Below are positions 38,758 to 48,621 of a DNA stretch of 64,000 bases, piece by piece (position 1 is the first letter of the stretch; each line of letters starts with the position of its first letter). The stretch covers positions 57,220 to 121,219 of IMG/VR virus record IMGVR_UViG_3300046786_000157. One strand, given 5' to 3'. The stretch is from a virus. The notes beneath the pieces are model-generated. The model was not told the DNA's origin and did not search any database. It saw nothing but the letters and a program-made list of their open reading frames with translations. A program made the translations under genes and the position numbers.

Positions 38758-39032
38758 TGTTCGATCCTTTTCAACAAGCTAAACTTCAAGGAGCATATTC
38801 TAAACTCAGGGATACTAAAATCCCCGAGAAGGATATGACGCTTGATGATTTAAAAAGACTGAGTGGATCAGGCAAGATTACAGGAGAAACAACGGTAACT
38901 CCTAACTATGAACTTGCATCCAAGAAAGCTGAATACATGCGTGAGAACAACATTCGTCCCGGTGACAAAGAGTGGTTCAAAGTCATGTTCGCAAAGCCGC
39001 ATCTTACAGGCGAAAACCCGTTTTCTAAATAG
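38757..39032 (+). CDS. Hypothetical protein
   Basis: 91 aa, coupled, directly upstream of TerL. Confidence 0.65.
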   Translation: MFDPFQQAKLQGAYSKLRDTKIPEKDMTLDDLKRLSGSGKITGETTVTPNYELASKKAEYMRENNIRPGDKEWFKVMFAKPHLTGENPFSK

Positions 39033-39058
39033 TAGTATTCTATCTACTAAATAAGTGT

Positions 39059-40618
39059 ATGAGTAAGCCATTAAGCAACGCACCTTCCTTAGTGAAGGAT
39101 CCGTATAAAAAGACAGAATTTAAAACTGATAAGGAATTACAAGACTTTATAAAGTGCTGTGATCCAAATACGGGTTATCTATACTTCATGGATAACTTCT
39201 TTATGATTCAGCACCCTACAAAGGGTTCAATGAATTATCACCCATGGGATTATCAAAAACGATTGATTGATACCTATCACAGATATCGTTACTCTATCAG
39301 TTTGATGCCTCGACAGTCAGGTAAGTCAACAAGTGCCGCAGGTTATCTGTTATGGTATGCAATGTTTGTGCCAGACAGTACGATTCTTGTTGCGGCGCAC
39401 AAATACACAGGTGCTCAGGAGATTATGCAACGTATTCGTTATGCATATGAAAACTGCCCCGATCATATTAAAGCAGGTGTAACAACATACAACAAAGGCT
39501 CATTAGACTTTGAAAACGGTAGTCGTATCGTATCAGCAACAACTACTGAAAACACTGGTCGTGGTATGTCTATCACACTATTATACCTAGACGAATTTGC
39601 ATTCGTTCGTCCTAGTATTGCGACAGAGTTCTGGACTGCTATTACTCCTACATTGTCAACTGGTGGTAAAGCGATTATCACAAGTACTCCAAACAGTGAC
39701 GAGGATCAATTCGCACTGATCTGGAAGGGTGCTAACAAGACAGAAGATGAGTATGGTAACAAGACTGAGCTAGGCATTAATGGCTTCAGATCATATCGTG
39801 CATACTGGCACGAACAGCCCGGTAGAGATCAAAAGTGGGCTGATGAAATGAAAGCACAGCTTGGTGAGGATCGTTTCAATCGAGAGATTGGTTGTGAGTT
39901 CATTATTGCTGACGAAACACTTATCAATCCTAACACGCTTATTATGTTAGAGGGTAAAGAGCCAACTAACAGAATGGGTCAGATTCGTTGGTATGATAAA
40001 CCTAAGAAGGGTAATATATATTGTGTTGCATTAGATCCAAGCTTAGGTACAGGTGGTGACCCGGCAGCTATTCAAATCTTTGAAGCAAACACGACAAATC
40101 AAATCGGTGAGTGGAAGCACAATAAAACTGATATTCCTAGTCAGATTAAATTATTAGCACAAATTAACAAATACATAGCTGAATGCACAGGTGAGCCATC
40201 TAACATATATTACAGTATTGAATGTAACGGTATCGGTGAAGCCGCAATTATATCATTGAATGAGTACGGTGAATCAAACATTCCCGGAGTATTTTTGAGC
40301 GAAGCAGGTAAGAATCGTAGAGGGTTCAATACTACTAACAAGAGCAAACTAGCCGCCTGCGCTAAGTTTAAAACACTTGTTGAGAGCAAGAAAATGACAG
40401 TTAACAGCTTTGGCTTGATAACAGAATTAAAATCGTTTGTTGCCGCAGGGGGTAGTTATCAAGCAAAGATAGGTGATACTGATGACTTGGTCATGGCCAG
40501 CTTGCTTATTGTGCGTATTTTGACTGTTTTGAGCGATTATCACTATAATTTAGAGAGTCATATCAGAGACCACGAAGAATACATTGCACCTCTACCGTTC
40601 TTTGCAGTAATTAATTAA
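39059..40618 (+). CDS. terL: Terminase large subunit (T4 gp17-like)
   Basis: PRQSGKST, LLYLDEFAF, IITSTPNS, ALDPSLG, DDLVMA. Confidence 0.95.
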   Translation: MSKPLSNAPSLVKDPYKKTEFKTDKELQDFIKCCDPNTGYLYFMDNFFMIQHPTKGSMNYHPWDYQKRLIDTYHRYRYSISLMPRQSGKSTSAAGYLLWYAMFVPDSTILVAAHKYTGAQEIMQRIRYAYENCPDHIKAGVTTYNKGSLDFENGSRIVSATTTENTGRGMSITLLYLDEFAFVRPSIATEFWTAITPTLSTGGKAIITSTPNSDEDQFALIWKGANKTEDEYGNKTELGINGFRSYRAYWHEQPGRDQKWADEMKAQLGEDRFNREIGCEFIIADETLINPNTLIMLEGKEPTNRMGQIRWYDKPKKGNIYCVALDPSLGTGGDPAAIQIFEANTTNQIGEWKHNKTDIPSQIKLLAQINKYIAECTGEPSNIYYSIECNGIGEAAIISLNEYGESNIPGVFLSEAGKNRRGFNTTNKSKLAACAKFKTLVESKKMTVNSFGLITELKSFVAAGGSYQAKIGDTDDLVMASLLIVRILTVLSDYHYNLESHIRDHEEYIAPLPFFAVIN

Positions 40619-40642
40619 CCTGCAACCAAGATAAATACATCT

Positions 40643-42613
40643 ATGTCAATCAATTCTGAAGCCCTACAACGAAAATTATACGATCTTTTAGACAATAAAG
40701 GGTACAACCCAAAACCAATGGATGCTACAGGGAAAGTTACTCCTGTACCAGAAGAAGCCGCAGTCATTAGATTTGACTTCATCAAAGATGGTGAAAATTA
40801 CGGCAAAGTCTGGATTTCTATTGACGGATCTAAAAAGCTAAAGATATACTATGGAGATAGTGTATCTAGCAGTCCTAGCGATAACACATCAGGTACACCT
40901 TACTCTGATAGTTGGACTGGGTTAATCAGACACCTCAAGAATTGGGCGCAACGTAGACAGTTAAGTTTTGAATTGAGAAACGAAAATCATTTAGAAGCCG
41001 ACATGGCACAAAGGGAACATATGGACAAGAAAGAAAGAATTTCAGAAGGTTATTACGCAATGGGTAAAAGTGCTAGCTATAGCGATGCAGTACCTTCAGT
41101 TAAGATTGTTATTGAACATTCACGTAAGATTGAAGAGGGCGAGCAACGCTATCGCAACATCAATCGTATTTTCGTAGAGAATGCTAACGGTGAACGTTTC
41201 TTATTGAATACTACAAAGCCAGGCATTGCACGTGTTTATGCTCGTCACATTGCTGAAGGCGGTACGCCGTATGATGACCGTGGTCAACACATCAAAGGTC
41301 TAGTTGAAGAATACAGCAAGATGGCAGGATTTGTTCGTGCTACTCGCAGTGGTCAGTTCAATGAATCAAGTCAAAAGTTAATCGCTGAGGGTGTAAATCA
41401 TTACAACTCATTGCGTGAAACATTGTCTCGTATGTCAGGCAAGCGCGGTTATGAAGCTTATTTTGAATCATGGACTCCTTCATTGATGGAAGATGACAGT
41501 GATACTACTGCTGTTAATGAATTGTTTGTACAAGAAACAGTTGATCCACGTATCGAATCAGCAATGCCAATCTTAGCAAAGTTGTCTAAGAACATTAGTG
41601 AGATGGCTGAACTATCTGAACTATCCGAGTGGGCTGATAGCTTGTTAGAAGGCGGAGACGGTGGCGAAGCTAGTGAAGAAACAGACGGCGACACTGAAGG
41701 TGATGCAGGAGAAGGCGGTGCTGAAGAAGTTGATGACGACATTACAGAAGCAGCCGGCGCAGAAACATTAGCACACAATGAAAAAACAGAAGCCGGCAAT
41801 CTAAAAGCATTTGGCTTAGCTGAAGAGGGTGATGGTGGTCAAACTGCTTTAAACCCACAAGGTATTCCTGAAGGAATGTTAGATGGTGGTGACGATGTTG
41901 ACAGCCCTGTTGCTAGTGCTATTCTACGTAGAATATTAATGCAACGTCTAGACTTGTTATCAAAGTACGGTCCAGAAAAAGTATCTAATGCTATCGGTGA
42001 TGTTGCTGAATTTGTCGGTGACGTAGATGAAATCGGTTCAAGTGATGTTAGTGGTTGGATCAAGCAAGTTGAAATGAGTCTAGGTGGTATTGATGAAGGT
42101 ATCATTGACAAGATTAAAGATGTTGGTCAAAAAGCATTAAACACATTAGGTCATGGTAGTGACGAAGACTTATTGAAAGACTTGAAGAAACGTGCAGGTG
42201 TTCGTAATCCAGAAAACGGTAAACCTAGCATGGCTCAATCTGATGTTGAAAAAGTAGACGAAGATGAGTTTGCTGGTAACTACGCAACAGGCGAAGCAGG
42301 ACAATGGCGTAACAAAGGTCCTAAAGCAAACAAGCCTGCTACTATCGGTGACTTAGTTGGTGAGAACTTTATTAACACTGACGCACAAGCTGTTGTTTCA
42401 GAAATGGACTCAGAAGGTTATAAAGGCACACGTGACAATGATGATGCTGGTAAAAAACAAACACACTTAGGTCCAAAGCATATGATGAAAGCTAAGGATG
42501 CTAGTAAGCAAGCTGAGAAGATTTTGAATAAAGAAATGGACAAATCTCACAATAAAGATGTCAAAGAAGGACAAGACGATCTGGCGGCTATGCTAAGAAT
42601 CATTAACAGATAA
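40643..42613 (+). CDS. Large acidic protein, probably virion/prohead-associated
   Basis: TAAATA upstream; E/D/G-rich linkers; many (I/L/V)xE sites. Confidence 0.6.
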   Translation: MSINSEALQRKLYDLLDNKGYNPKPMDATGKVTPVPEEAAVIRFDFIKDGENYGKVWISIDGSKKLKIYYGDSVSSSPSDNTSGTPYSDSWTGLIRHLKNWAQRRQLSFELRNENHLEADMAQREHMDKKERISEGYYAMGKSASYSDAVPSVKIVIEHSRKIEEGEQRYRNINRIFVENANGERFLLNTTKPGIARVYARHIAEGGTPYDDRGQHIKGLVEEYSKMAGFVRATRSGQFNESSQKLIAEGVNHYNSLRETLSRMSGKRGYEAYFESWTPSLMEDDSDTTAVNELFVQETVDPRIESAMPILAKLSKNISEMAELSELSEWADSLLEGGDGGEASEETDGDTEGDAGEGGAEEVDDDITEAAGAETLAHNEKTEAGNLKAFGLAEEGDGGQTALNPQGIPEGMLDGGDDVDSPVASAILRRILMQRLDLLSKYGPEKVSNAIGDVAEFVGDVDEIGSSDVSGWIKQVEMSLGGIDEGIIDKIKDVGQKALNTLGHGSDEDLLKDLKKRAGVRNPENGKPSMAQSDVEKVDEDEFAGNYATGEAGQWRNKGPKANKPATIGDLVGENFINTDAQAVVSEMDSEGYKGTRDNDDAGKKQTHLGPKHMMKAKDASKQAEKILNKEMDKSHNKDVKEGQDDLAAMLRIINR

Positions 42614-42621
42614 AGGGTAAA

Positions 42622-42648
42622 TAAACCTCACTTAAAACGTGAGGTTTA
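42622..42648. other. Perfect 10-bp hairpin upstream of the ssb promoter
   Basis: TAAACCTCAC-TTAAAAC-GTGAGGTTTA. Confidence 0.7.
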
Positions 42649-42669
42649 CCACATCTGGCATAAATACTA

Positions 42670-42698
42670 TTGACATTGATGAAAGCATTTGCTATACT
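42670..42698 (+). promoter_or_regulatory. Sigma70 promoter of the ssb gene, abutting a TAAATA motif
   Basis: TTGACA-N17-TATACT. Confidence 0.8.
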
Positions 42699-42774
42699 TA
42701 CATCTGTGTTAGACACTAATAGGTAGTGTCGAATATTAAAACGAGACCATCTCAATTTTATTAAGGAAAATATC

Positions 42775-43779
42775 ATGGCATCATTAGCAGAAATTCGTGC
42801 TCGTATCGCGGCACAAGAAAACAAGTCAACCGGTAACAACACACCGAAGCAGTCTGACAACTCAATCTACCCACACTGGAACATGGACGAAGGCACTACA
42901 GCCGCATTGCGTCTATTGCCTGACGCTGACCCATCTAACCCATACTTCTGGGTTGAACGTCAAATCATCAAGCTTCCATTCAATGGTGTGAAGGGTGATC
43001 CTAACATGAAGCGTGTTGAGGTTCAAGTACCTTGCGTGGAAATGTATGATCCAAAAGCACAATGTCCTATTCTTACAGAAGTTCGTCCTTGGTACAAAGA
43101 CGAAACATTGAAAGAAATGGCAAACAAGTATTGGAAGAAGCGTAGTTACTTGTTCCAAGGCTTTGTACGTCAAAACCCAATCGGTGATGACGCAACACCT
43201 GCGAACCCAATTCGCAGATTCATTATCAGTCCACAAATCTTCACTATCATCAAATCTAGTTTGATGGACCCAGAGATGGAAGAATTGCCAACTGACTACC
43301 AACGTGGTCTTGATTTGAACATCAAGAAAACAAGTAAAGGTGGTTATGCAGATTATTCTACTAGTAACTGGGCACGTAAAGAAAGTGCGTTGACTGAACA
43401 AGAACAACTAGCAATTGAATCACATGGTTTGTATAACCTTGCTGACTTCTTGCCAAAACGCCCTGGCGAAGCAGAATTACGTATCATCAAAGAAATGTTT
43501 GATGCGTCTGTTAACGGCGAACCATATGACACTGAACGTTGGGGTGCATATTACAGACCATGGGGTGTTGATGCACCTGCAGGAGCAACAGCGGCTAAAC
43601 CTACAGCGACTACTGAAACTAGCGCACCCGCGACAGCGCCCGTAGCAGAAACTTCTACTGCACCTTGGGAAGATGAACCTGCACAAGCTAGCCAACCAGT
43701 TAAGCTACCTACAGCAACTCCATCAAGCGACAAAGCACAAGACATCCTAGCGATGATTCGTGCTAGACAAGCGAAGTAA
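42775..43779 (+). CDS. Single-stranded DNA-binding protein (T4 gp32-like)
   Basis: LRLLP..NPYFWVE..VPCVEMY..CPI..WYK..KKRSY..FV..NP; AAGGA RBS. Confidence 0.85.
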   Translation: MASLAEIRARIAAQENKSTGNNTPKQSDNSIYPHWNMDEGTTAALRLLPDADPSNPYFWVERQIIKLPFNGVKGDPNMKRVEVQVPCVEMYDPKAQCPILTEVRPWYKDETLKEMANKYWKKRSYLFQGFVRQNPIGDDATPANPIRRFIISPQIFTIIKSSLMDPEMEELPTDYQRGLDLNIKKTSKGGYADYSTSNWARKESALTEQEQLAIESHGLYNLADFLPKRPGEAELRIIKEMFDASVNGEPYDTERWGAYYRPWGVDAPAGATAAKPTATTETSAPATAPVAETSTAPWEDEPAQASQPVKLPTATPSSDKAQDILAMIRARQAK

Positions 43780-43803
43780 TTAAAGGGGCTTCGGCCCCTT
43801 TAA
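43780..43803 (+). terminator. Terminator
   Basis: TTAAAGGGGC-TTCG-GCCCCTTTAA. Confidence 0.85.
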
Positions 43804-43819
43804 TATTAAGGAGAACAAC

Positions 43820-44056
43820 ATGACACTACCAGACGAACGTTACCGTGCCCTAAAGCAAGGTAAAAAACTGTTAGAAGAATTATGCGACCCGGGTAAAACA
43901 CCTAGGGTACCTGCATTAGTCAGAGATAGAGCAAGAGGTGTATTAAGACATTATCCTAGCGAGTACGAACTAGAACGTATCGCAGATAACTCTCCAGAAT
44001 ACCTTGACAAAATATCGTTCTCTGATAAAATGTATATGAACGTTACACAAAAATAA
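43820..44056 (+). CDS. Small conserved hypothetical protein (BPSL0761-like pattern)
   Basis: MTLPDERYRA..LRHYP. Confidence 0.6.
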   Translation: MTLPDERYRALKQGKKLLEELCDPGKTPRVPALVRDRARGVLRHYPSEYELERIADNSPEYLDKISFSDKMYMNVTQK

Positions 44057-44068
44057 TAGGAGAATAAA

Positions 44069-45136
44069 TTGGCTAAACCATTTGACGTAAGTAAATTTAG
44101 AAAAAGCATTACTAAATCTATTGAAGGATTAAGTATTGGCTTTAACGATCCAACTGATTGGATTAGTACAGGCAACTACGCACTGAACTATCTTATCAGT
44201 GGTGATTTTAACAAGGGTGTACCCCTAGGTAAGGTTACTGTATTTGCAGGTGAATCAGGCTCTGGTAAGAGTTTCATCTGTTCAGGCAACTTAGTGCGTC
44301 ACGCACAAGAGCAAGGCATCTATGTAGTTCTGATTGACAGCGAGAATGCATTGGATGAAGCATGGTTAAAAGCATTGGGTGTAAGCACTGACGAAAGCAA
44401 ATTGTTGAAACTCAACATGGCTATGATTGATGACGTTGCTAAAACAATTAGTGAATTTGTAAAAGAATATAAACAATTACCGGAAACAGATCGACCAAAA
44501 GTATTGTTCGTTGTTGACAGTTTAGGTATGTTGTTGACCCCAACTGACGTTAATCAGTTTGAAGCAGGTGATATGAAGGGTGACATGGGTCGTAAGCCTA
44601 AAGCACTTGCCGCACTTGTTCGTAACTGTGTTAATATGTTTGGTGATCTAGGCATCGGTATGGTTGCTACTAATCACACATACGCAAGTCAAGACATGTT
44701 CGATCCTGATGACAAAGTATCAGGCGGTCAAGGTTTCGTTTACGCATCTAGTATTCTAGTTGCTATGAAGAAATTGAAACTGAAAGAAGACGAAGACGGT
44801 AATAAGATTAGTGATGTGCGTGGTATTCGTGCGGCATGTAAGATTATGAAAACTCGTTATGCTAAGCCATTTGAAAGTGTTCAAGTTAAGATTCCTTATG
44901 AAACAGGCATGAGTCCATACTCAGGTTTGTTTGATATGATTGAGAAGGCTGAACTTGTTAAGAAGGAAGGTAACTCATTAGTCTATACAACACTTGATGG
45001 TGAAGTTATTAAGAAATTCCGCAAAGCATGGGAAGCAAATACAGATGGTTGCTTGGATACTGTAATGGCCGAATATGCTGAAAAATCAAAATCAACGATA
45101 AGTACTGTAACACCTGAGGAGGAGGAATCAGTATGA
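44069..45136 (+). CDS. recA: RecA/UvsX recombinase
   Basis: GESGSGKS, IDSENALD, VVDSLG, GGQGFVYASSI; TTG start with AGGAG. Confidence 0.93.
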   Translation: MAKPFDVSKFRKSITKSIEGLSIGFNDPTDWISTGNYALNYLISGDFNKGVPLGKVTVFAGESGSGKSFICSGNLVRHAQEQGIYVVLIDSENALDEAWLKALGVSTDESKLLKLNMAMIDDVAKTISEFVKEYKQLPETDRPKVLFVVDSLGMLLTPTDVNQFEAGDMKGDMGRKPKALAALVRNCVNMFGDLGIGMVATNHTYASQDMFDPDDKVSGGQGFVYASSILVAMKKLKLKEDEDGNKISDVRGIRAACKIMKTRYAKPFESVQVKIPYETGMSPYSGLFDMIEKAELVKKEGNSLVYTTLDGEVIKKFRKAWEANTDGCLDTVMAEYAEKSKSTISTVTPEEEESV

Positions 45137-45381
45137 GTTTAGATTTTGTGGCTGAAGTGTGGGACGTTTTAATTTCTCACATTGACTTTAACGATAGAGC
45201 CGATGCGGCAGATACATTAGTTAATCTATTGATTGACAATGATTATGAAGCAAGTGATATCAAAGAAGCATTCAGAAAAGACAAAGAAGTAATTACTGCT
45301 TTAAAAGAGTATACAGACCAGATTGAAGAAGAATATGAAGAATATGATGATGATACAGAGTCTGATGAAGACGAATGGTGA
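45133..45381 (+). CDS. Acidic hypothetical protein
   Basis: 82 aa, ATGA-coupled. Confidence 0.7.
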   Translation: MSLDFVAEVWDVLISHIDFNDRADAADTLVNLLIDNDYEASDIKEAFRKDKEVITALKEYTDQIEEEYEEYDDDTESDEDEW

Positions 45382-45384
45382 TAA

Positions 45385-45843
45385 ATGAATTGGTATACAC
45401 GAATCTCTACCGATTTAGCTGTAATACCCGATTTCATTACACACTATGAAGCTGAACTCGTTGACGCAAAAAAGGATGTAAAGGTATACGGCAATGTTGA
45501 AAAGAACATTGCCGCTATTCCGGGCATTACCGAACATCGGTTTAATCAATTACAAGAGATAGAAGCTGTTCTAAACTATCTCAACATTAAACTAAGGCAA
45601 ATTCGCCGAAAACATTTTCAAAAATACCTAGAGGCGTATAATAGAGTATTGACAAGCCGTGATGCTGAAAAGTATGTTGACGGTGAATCAGAAGTCATTG
45701 ACTTTGAAATTTTAATTAATGAAGTGGCACTGTTGCGTAATCGTTGGCTTGGTATCCTTAAAGGGTTAGAAGCTAAACAATGGCAAATGGGGCATATCGT
45801 GCGTTTACGCACTGCTGGAATGGAAGATATCACAATTGGCTAA
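45385..45843 (+). CDS. uvsY: UvsY-like recombination mediator
   Basis: YLE.YNR.L.SRDAEKYVDGE..V..F; located downstream of uvsX. Confidence 0.75.
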   Translation: MNWYTRISTDLAVIPDFITHYEAELVDAKKDVKVYGNVEKNIAAIPGITEHRFNQLQEIEAVLNYLNIKLRQIRRKHFQKYLEAYNRVLTSRDAEKYVDGESEVIDFEILINEVALLRNRWLGILKGLEAKQWQMGHIVRLRTAGMEDITIG

Positions 45844-46621
45844 TTGGAATAATATAAATCTGAGTAACATAGCTCCTCAAAAATCTATTAGTATTTCTGG
45901 ACAAAATGCAACTCCATGGAATACTTCTTTGGGAAGTCTCACGTTGAACACCTTACTAAGTGCGCCACACGGTGAGCATGTAAAAAAGTACGAAGTACTT
46001 GAAATTGATGAAGACTTGTTGGCATTAAGTGCTACTTGGAAACGTCTACGTGATACACACAAGAGCGGTGGCCCATACATATCTGTTTCTACATTGTTGG
46101 ATAAAGAATTATTCAAGTTTGTAACTACTCAAGACCATGCTAAAGCGGCTGAAATTCGTGATTACTACAGTAAGAAAATCATGATGTGGAAATTGAAAGA
46201 TGTAAGGCTTTCGCAATTCCGAGAAGATATGAATTCATTTATTCATACTAATGGTAAAATGTTTAAAGATAATACAGTACCATTAGCATTTCGTTTACCT
46301 GAATTCTATGAATATGACGTTGAGTTTGATACTCTAATATCTGAACATAATAAAGTCATTAATGACAAAACAAAGAGTCAAACTAAAACTCTAAAACTTA
46401 AAAAGACCTTTAGTGTTGGTAAAAAATATACAAAAAGAAAAGAATATTGGTTTAGTGATGAAGATAATAATCTAATTACATTTTCATTAACACATGATAA
46501 TCCTTTAATTTCATTATTAGATAATCAATGCAAAAATCCAATATCATTATCTGGTCTGTATAATATACGACACCGTGATAATAATCAATACTTTCTACTA
46601 GAAAAGTATTCATTTTTATAA
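45836..46621 (+). CDS. Hypothetical protein
   Basis: 261-aa ORF; TTG start. Confidence 0.7.
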   Translation: MANWNNINLSNIAPQKSISISGQNATPWNTSLGSLTLNTLLSAPHGEHVKKYEVLEIDEDLLALSATWKRLRDTHKSGGPYISVSTLLDKELFKFVTTQDHAKAAEIRDYYSKKIMMWKLKDVRLSQFREDMNSFIHTNGKMFKDNTVPLAFRLPEFYEYDVEFDTLISEHNKVINDKTKSQTKTLKLKKTFSVGKKYTKRKEYWFSDEDNNLITFSLTHDNPLISLLDNQCKNPISLSGLYNIRHRDNNQYFLLEKYSFL

Positions 46622-46622
46622 C

Positions 46623-46651
46623 TTGACAATAAATCCATATGGGCGTACAAT
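46623..46651 (+). promoter_or_regulatory. Early promoter cassette
   Basis: TTGACAATAAAT..TACAAT. Confidence 0.85.
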
Positions 46652-46682
46652 AGACTCTTATTCAGTTGAAAGGAGTCTTTGT

Positions 46683-46886
46683 ATGTCTTATGTTGTTTTC
46701 AAGCACAATAAAGAGTTTGGTCCTCGCAAAGGTCTTGAGGGCCCTTTTCACTATCCCAACGGTCAAGTGTTGTATTATGACAACAAAGAGGGTGCGTATT
46801 ACGACCCTCTGACCGACTTCTACGTCCCGGACGAAGACGTTCACCAACTGCAAAACATGATTTTTGACATGCTAAAAAAGGCTTGA
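46683..46886 (+). CDS. Small hypothetical protein
   Basis: AAGGAG RBS before ATG 46683; LYYDNKEGAYYDP..D.Y. Confidence 0.7.
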   Translation: MSYVVFKHNKEFGPRKGLEGPFHYPNGQVLYYDNKEGAYYDPLTDFYVPDEDVHQLQNMIFDMLKKA

Positions 46887-46911
46887 CAATAAATCGTTTT
46901 GGGCTTATAAT
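46883..46911 (+). promoter_or_regulatory. Early promoter cassette
   Basis: TTGACAATAAAT..TATAAT. Confidence 0.85.
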
Positions 46912-46943
46912 AGAATCTTAGACAGTTAAGAAAAGGACACGAA

Positions 46944-47192
46944 ATGACTGATTTTGAAGCTAAATGCTATGGTATGACTGAACAAGCTATCCGTGAACAG
47001 TACATGGAAAGCACTACTGCTAAATTCGCAGGTCTCGAAATGGTTGTGATGGGCATCTTGTCAGACTGCCAAGAAATGCAAGCCATGAATAATCCTATGA
47101 TTGCTTCTATGCGTTCAAATGAATACGTTCGTAAACAATTGAATATTGCCAAGTTTATTCTGTCAGAAATGATGGAAGCAAAAGTAGCCTAA
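46944..47192 (+). CDS. Small hypothetical protein
   Basis: AAGGA RBS; 82 aa. Confidence 0.7.
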   Translation: MTDFEAKCYGMTEQAIREQYMESTTAKFAGLEMVVMGILSDCQEMQAMNNPMIASMRSNEYVRKQLNIAKFILSEMMEAKVA

Positions 47193-47195
47193 AAT

Positions 47196-47255
47196 TTGAC
47201 AATAAATGGGTATTCTGCTACAATACTTGTATTGACACTGAAATAAAGGAAACAA
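47196..47255 (+). promoter_or_regulatory. Early promoter/RBS cassette, near-duplicate of 23146..23207
   Basis: TTGACAATAAAT-N11-TACAAT-ACTTGTATTGACACTGAAATAAAGGA. Confidence 0.85.
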
Positions 47256-48263
47256 ATGTCTAGCATCGTTCGCATCAAATCTGGTTCTTATCGTAACAGC
47301 CCTGTGACAGGTGAAGTGTTCACACTGGTTAAAGGTTATCAACTAGGTACTAAAGGTGGTTTTGTGACAGTAAAAAATGAAGGTCAGTTCCCCGGTCGTC
47401 CCGATCAAGTGCGTGTGAACGTTGACAATCAATCGTGTATTGAATTTGTGTCAGGTCGTGACACTGTGAAAGTTGAGACACCTCAGGAATCAGAAACAGA
47501 AGCAATGGACCGTATTGCTACTCGTTTCAGTGTGCTTGATGAAATGTCTAAAGCATGTATCAAAGGTGACATTCGTGCTATGATTGTTACAGGTCCTGCA
47601 GGTATCGGTAAGTCACACGGTGTGTCGTTGCAAATGGAAAAAGCAAGCTTGTTCGATCAAGTTGCAGGCAAGAAGCCTCGCTTTGAGATTGTCAAAGGTG
47701 CTATGTCAGGTATCGGCTTGTTCGCTAAGTTGTACAAATTTTCTGATGCTAAAAACGTTCTCGTTTTCGATGACTGTGATATCTGGGAAGATCAAGACGC
47801 TATCAACGTGTTGAAAGGTGCATTGGATTCAGGTAAGACTCGCCGCATCTCTTGGAACAAAGATTCACGTATCTTGCGTGAAGAAGGTATCCCTAACAGT
47901 TTCAACTTCAACGGCTCTATCATCTTTATTACAAACAAAACTTTCGATAACAAGAAAGCTAGCAAGATGCAACCTCACTTGGATGCGTTGCAGTCTCGTT
48001 GTCACTTTCTGGACCTGACTGTTGATAGTGAGCGTGACAAAATGTTGCGTATCAAGCAAGTTCACCGCGATGCTGATGGTGGTCTGTTTGCTGACTATGA
48101 TTTCACACAAGAACAGACAGACGAAATTATGTCGTTCATCTGGGACAATCACAACAAATTGCGTGAAGTGTCCTTGCGTATGTGTCTCAAAGTTGCTGAC
48201 CTCGTTAAGATTTCCGGCAACTGGCGCGAACTTGCTAAAGCAACTTGCATGAAAGGTGCTTGA
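47256..48263 (+). CDS. AAA-type P-loop ATPase
   Basis: GPAGIGKS, LVFDDCD, FITN, LQSRC. Confidence 0.85.
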   Translation: MSSIVRIKSGSYRNSPVTGEVFTLVKGYQLGTKGGFVTVKNEGQFPGRPDQVRVNVDNQSCIEFVSGRDTVKVETPQESETEAMDRIATRFSVLDEMSKACIKGDIRAMIVTGPAGIGKSHGVSLQMEKASLFDQVAGKKPRFEIVKGAMSGIGLFAKLYKFSDAKNVLVFDDCDIWEDQDAINVLKGALDSGKTRRISWNKDSRILREEGIPNSFNFNGSIIFITNKTFDNKKASKMQPHLDALQSRCHFLDLTVDSERDKMLRIKQVHRDADGGLFADYDFTQEQTDEIMSFIWDNHNKLREVSLRMCLKVADLVKISGNWRELAKATCMKGA

Positions 48264-48264
48264 T

Positions 48265-48537
48265 ATGCAAAAGGGTTTTACTCTCATTGAAATGATGGTT
48301 GTATGTGTGTTTGTTGCTATTCTAGGATTGATTGCCGCAGGTGCAGTATTCGGAACATCAACAGGAAGTACAATCAGCTATGGTGTAAATGGTATGACGG
48401 AAATACGCTGTATTGATGGCTATAGATTTGTGATCGGTCAGCATGGTCAGGCTCGTCAAGTACTTGACGAATTTGGTAAGGGCTCTCGATGTGAGAATCC
48501 TAATTTAGGCAAACCGGGTTCATTCGGTAGTCAATAA
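48265..48537 (+). CDS. Prepilin-like protein with type IV N-terminal methylation motif
   Basis: MQKG/FTLIEMMVVCVFVAILGLIA class III signal peptide. Confidence 0.75.
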   Translation: MQKGFTLIEMMVVCVFVAILGLIAAGAVFGTSTGSTISYGVNGMTEIRCIDGYRFVIGQHGQARQVLDEFGKGSRCENPNLGKPGSFGSQ

Positions 48538-48621
48538 AGGTTAACCCCTGCAGTGTGCGTAGAGGCAATGTCAATAAGTCCTCTTCGATAAGTTTTTTCA
48601 TCGTTTCTTTCATTAATCTTT

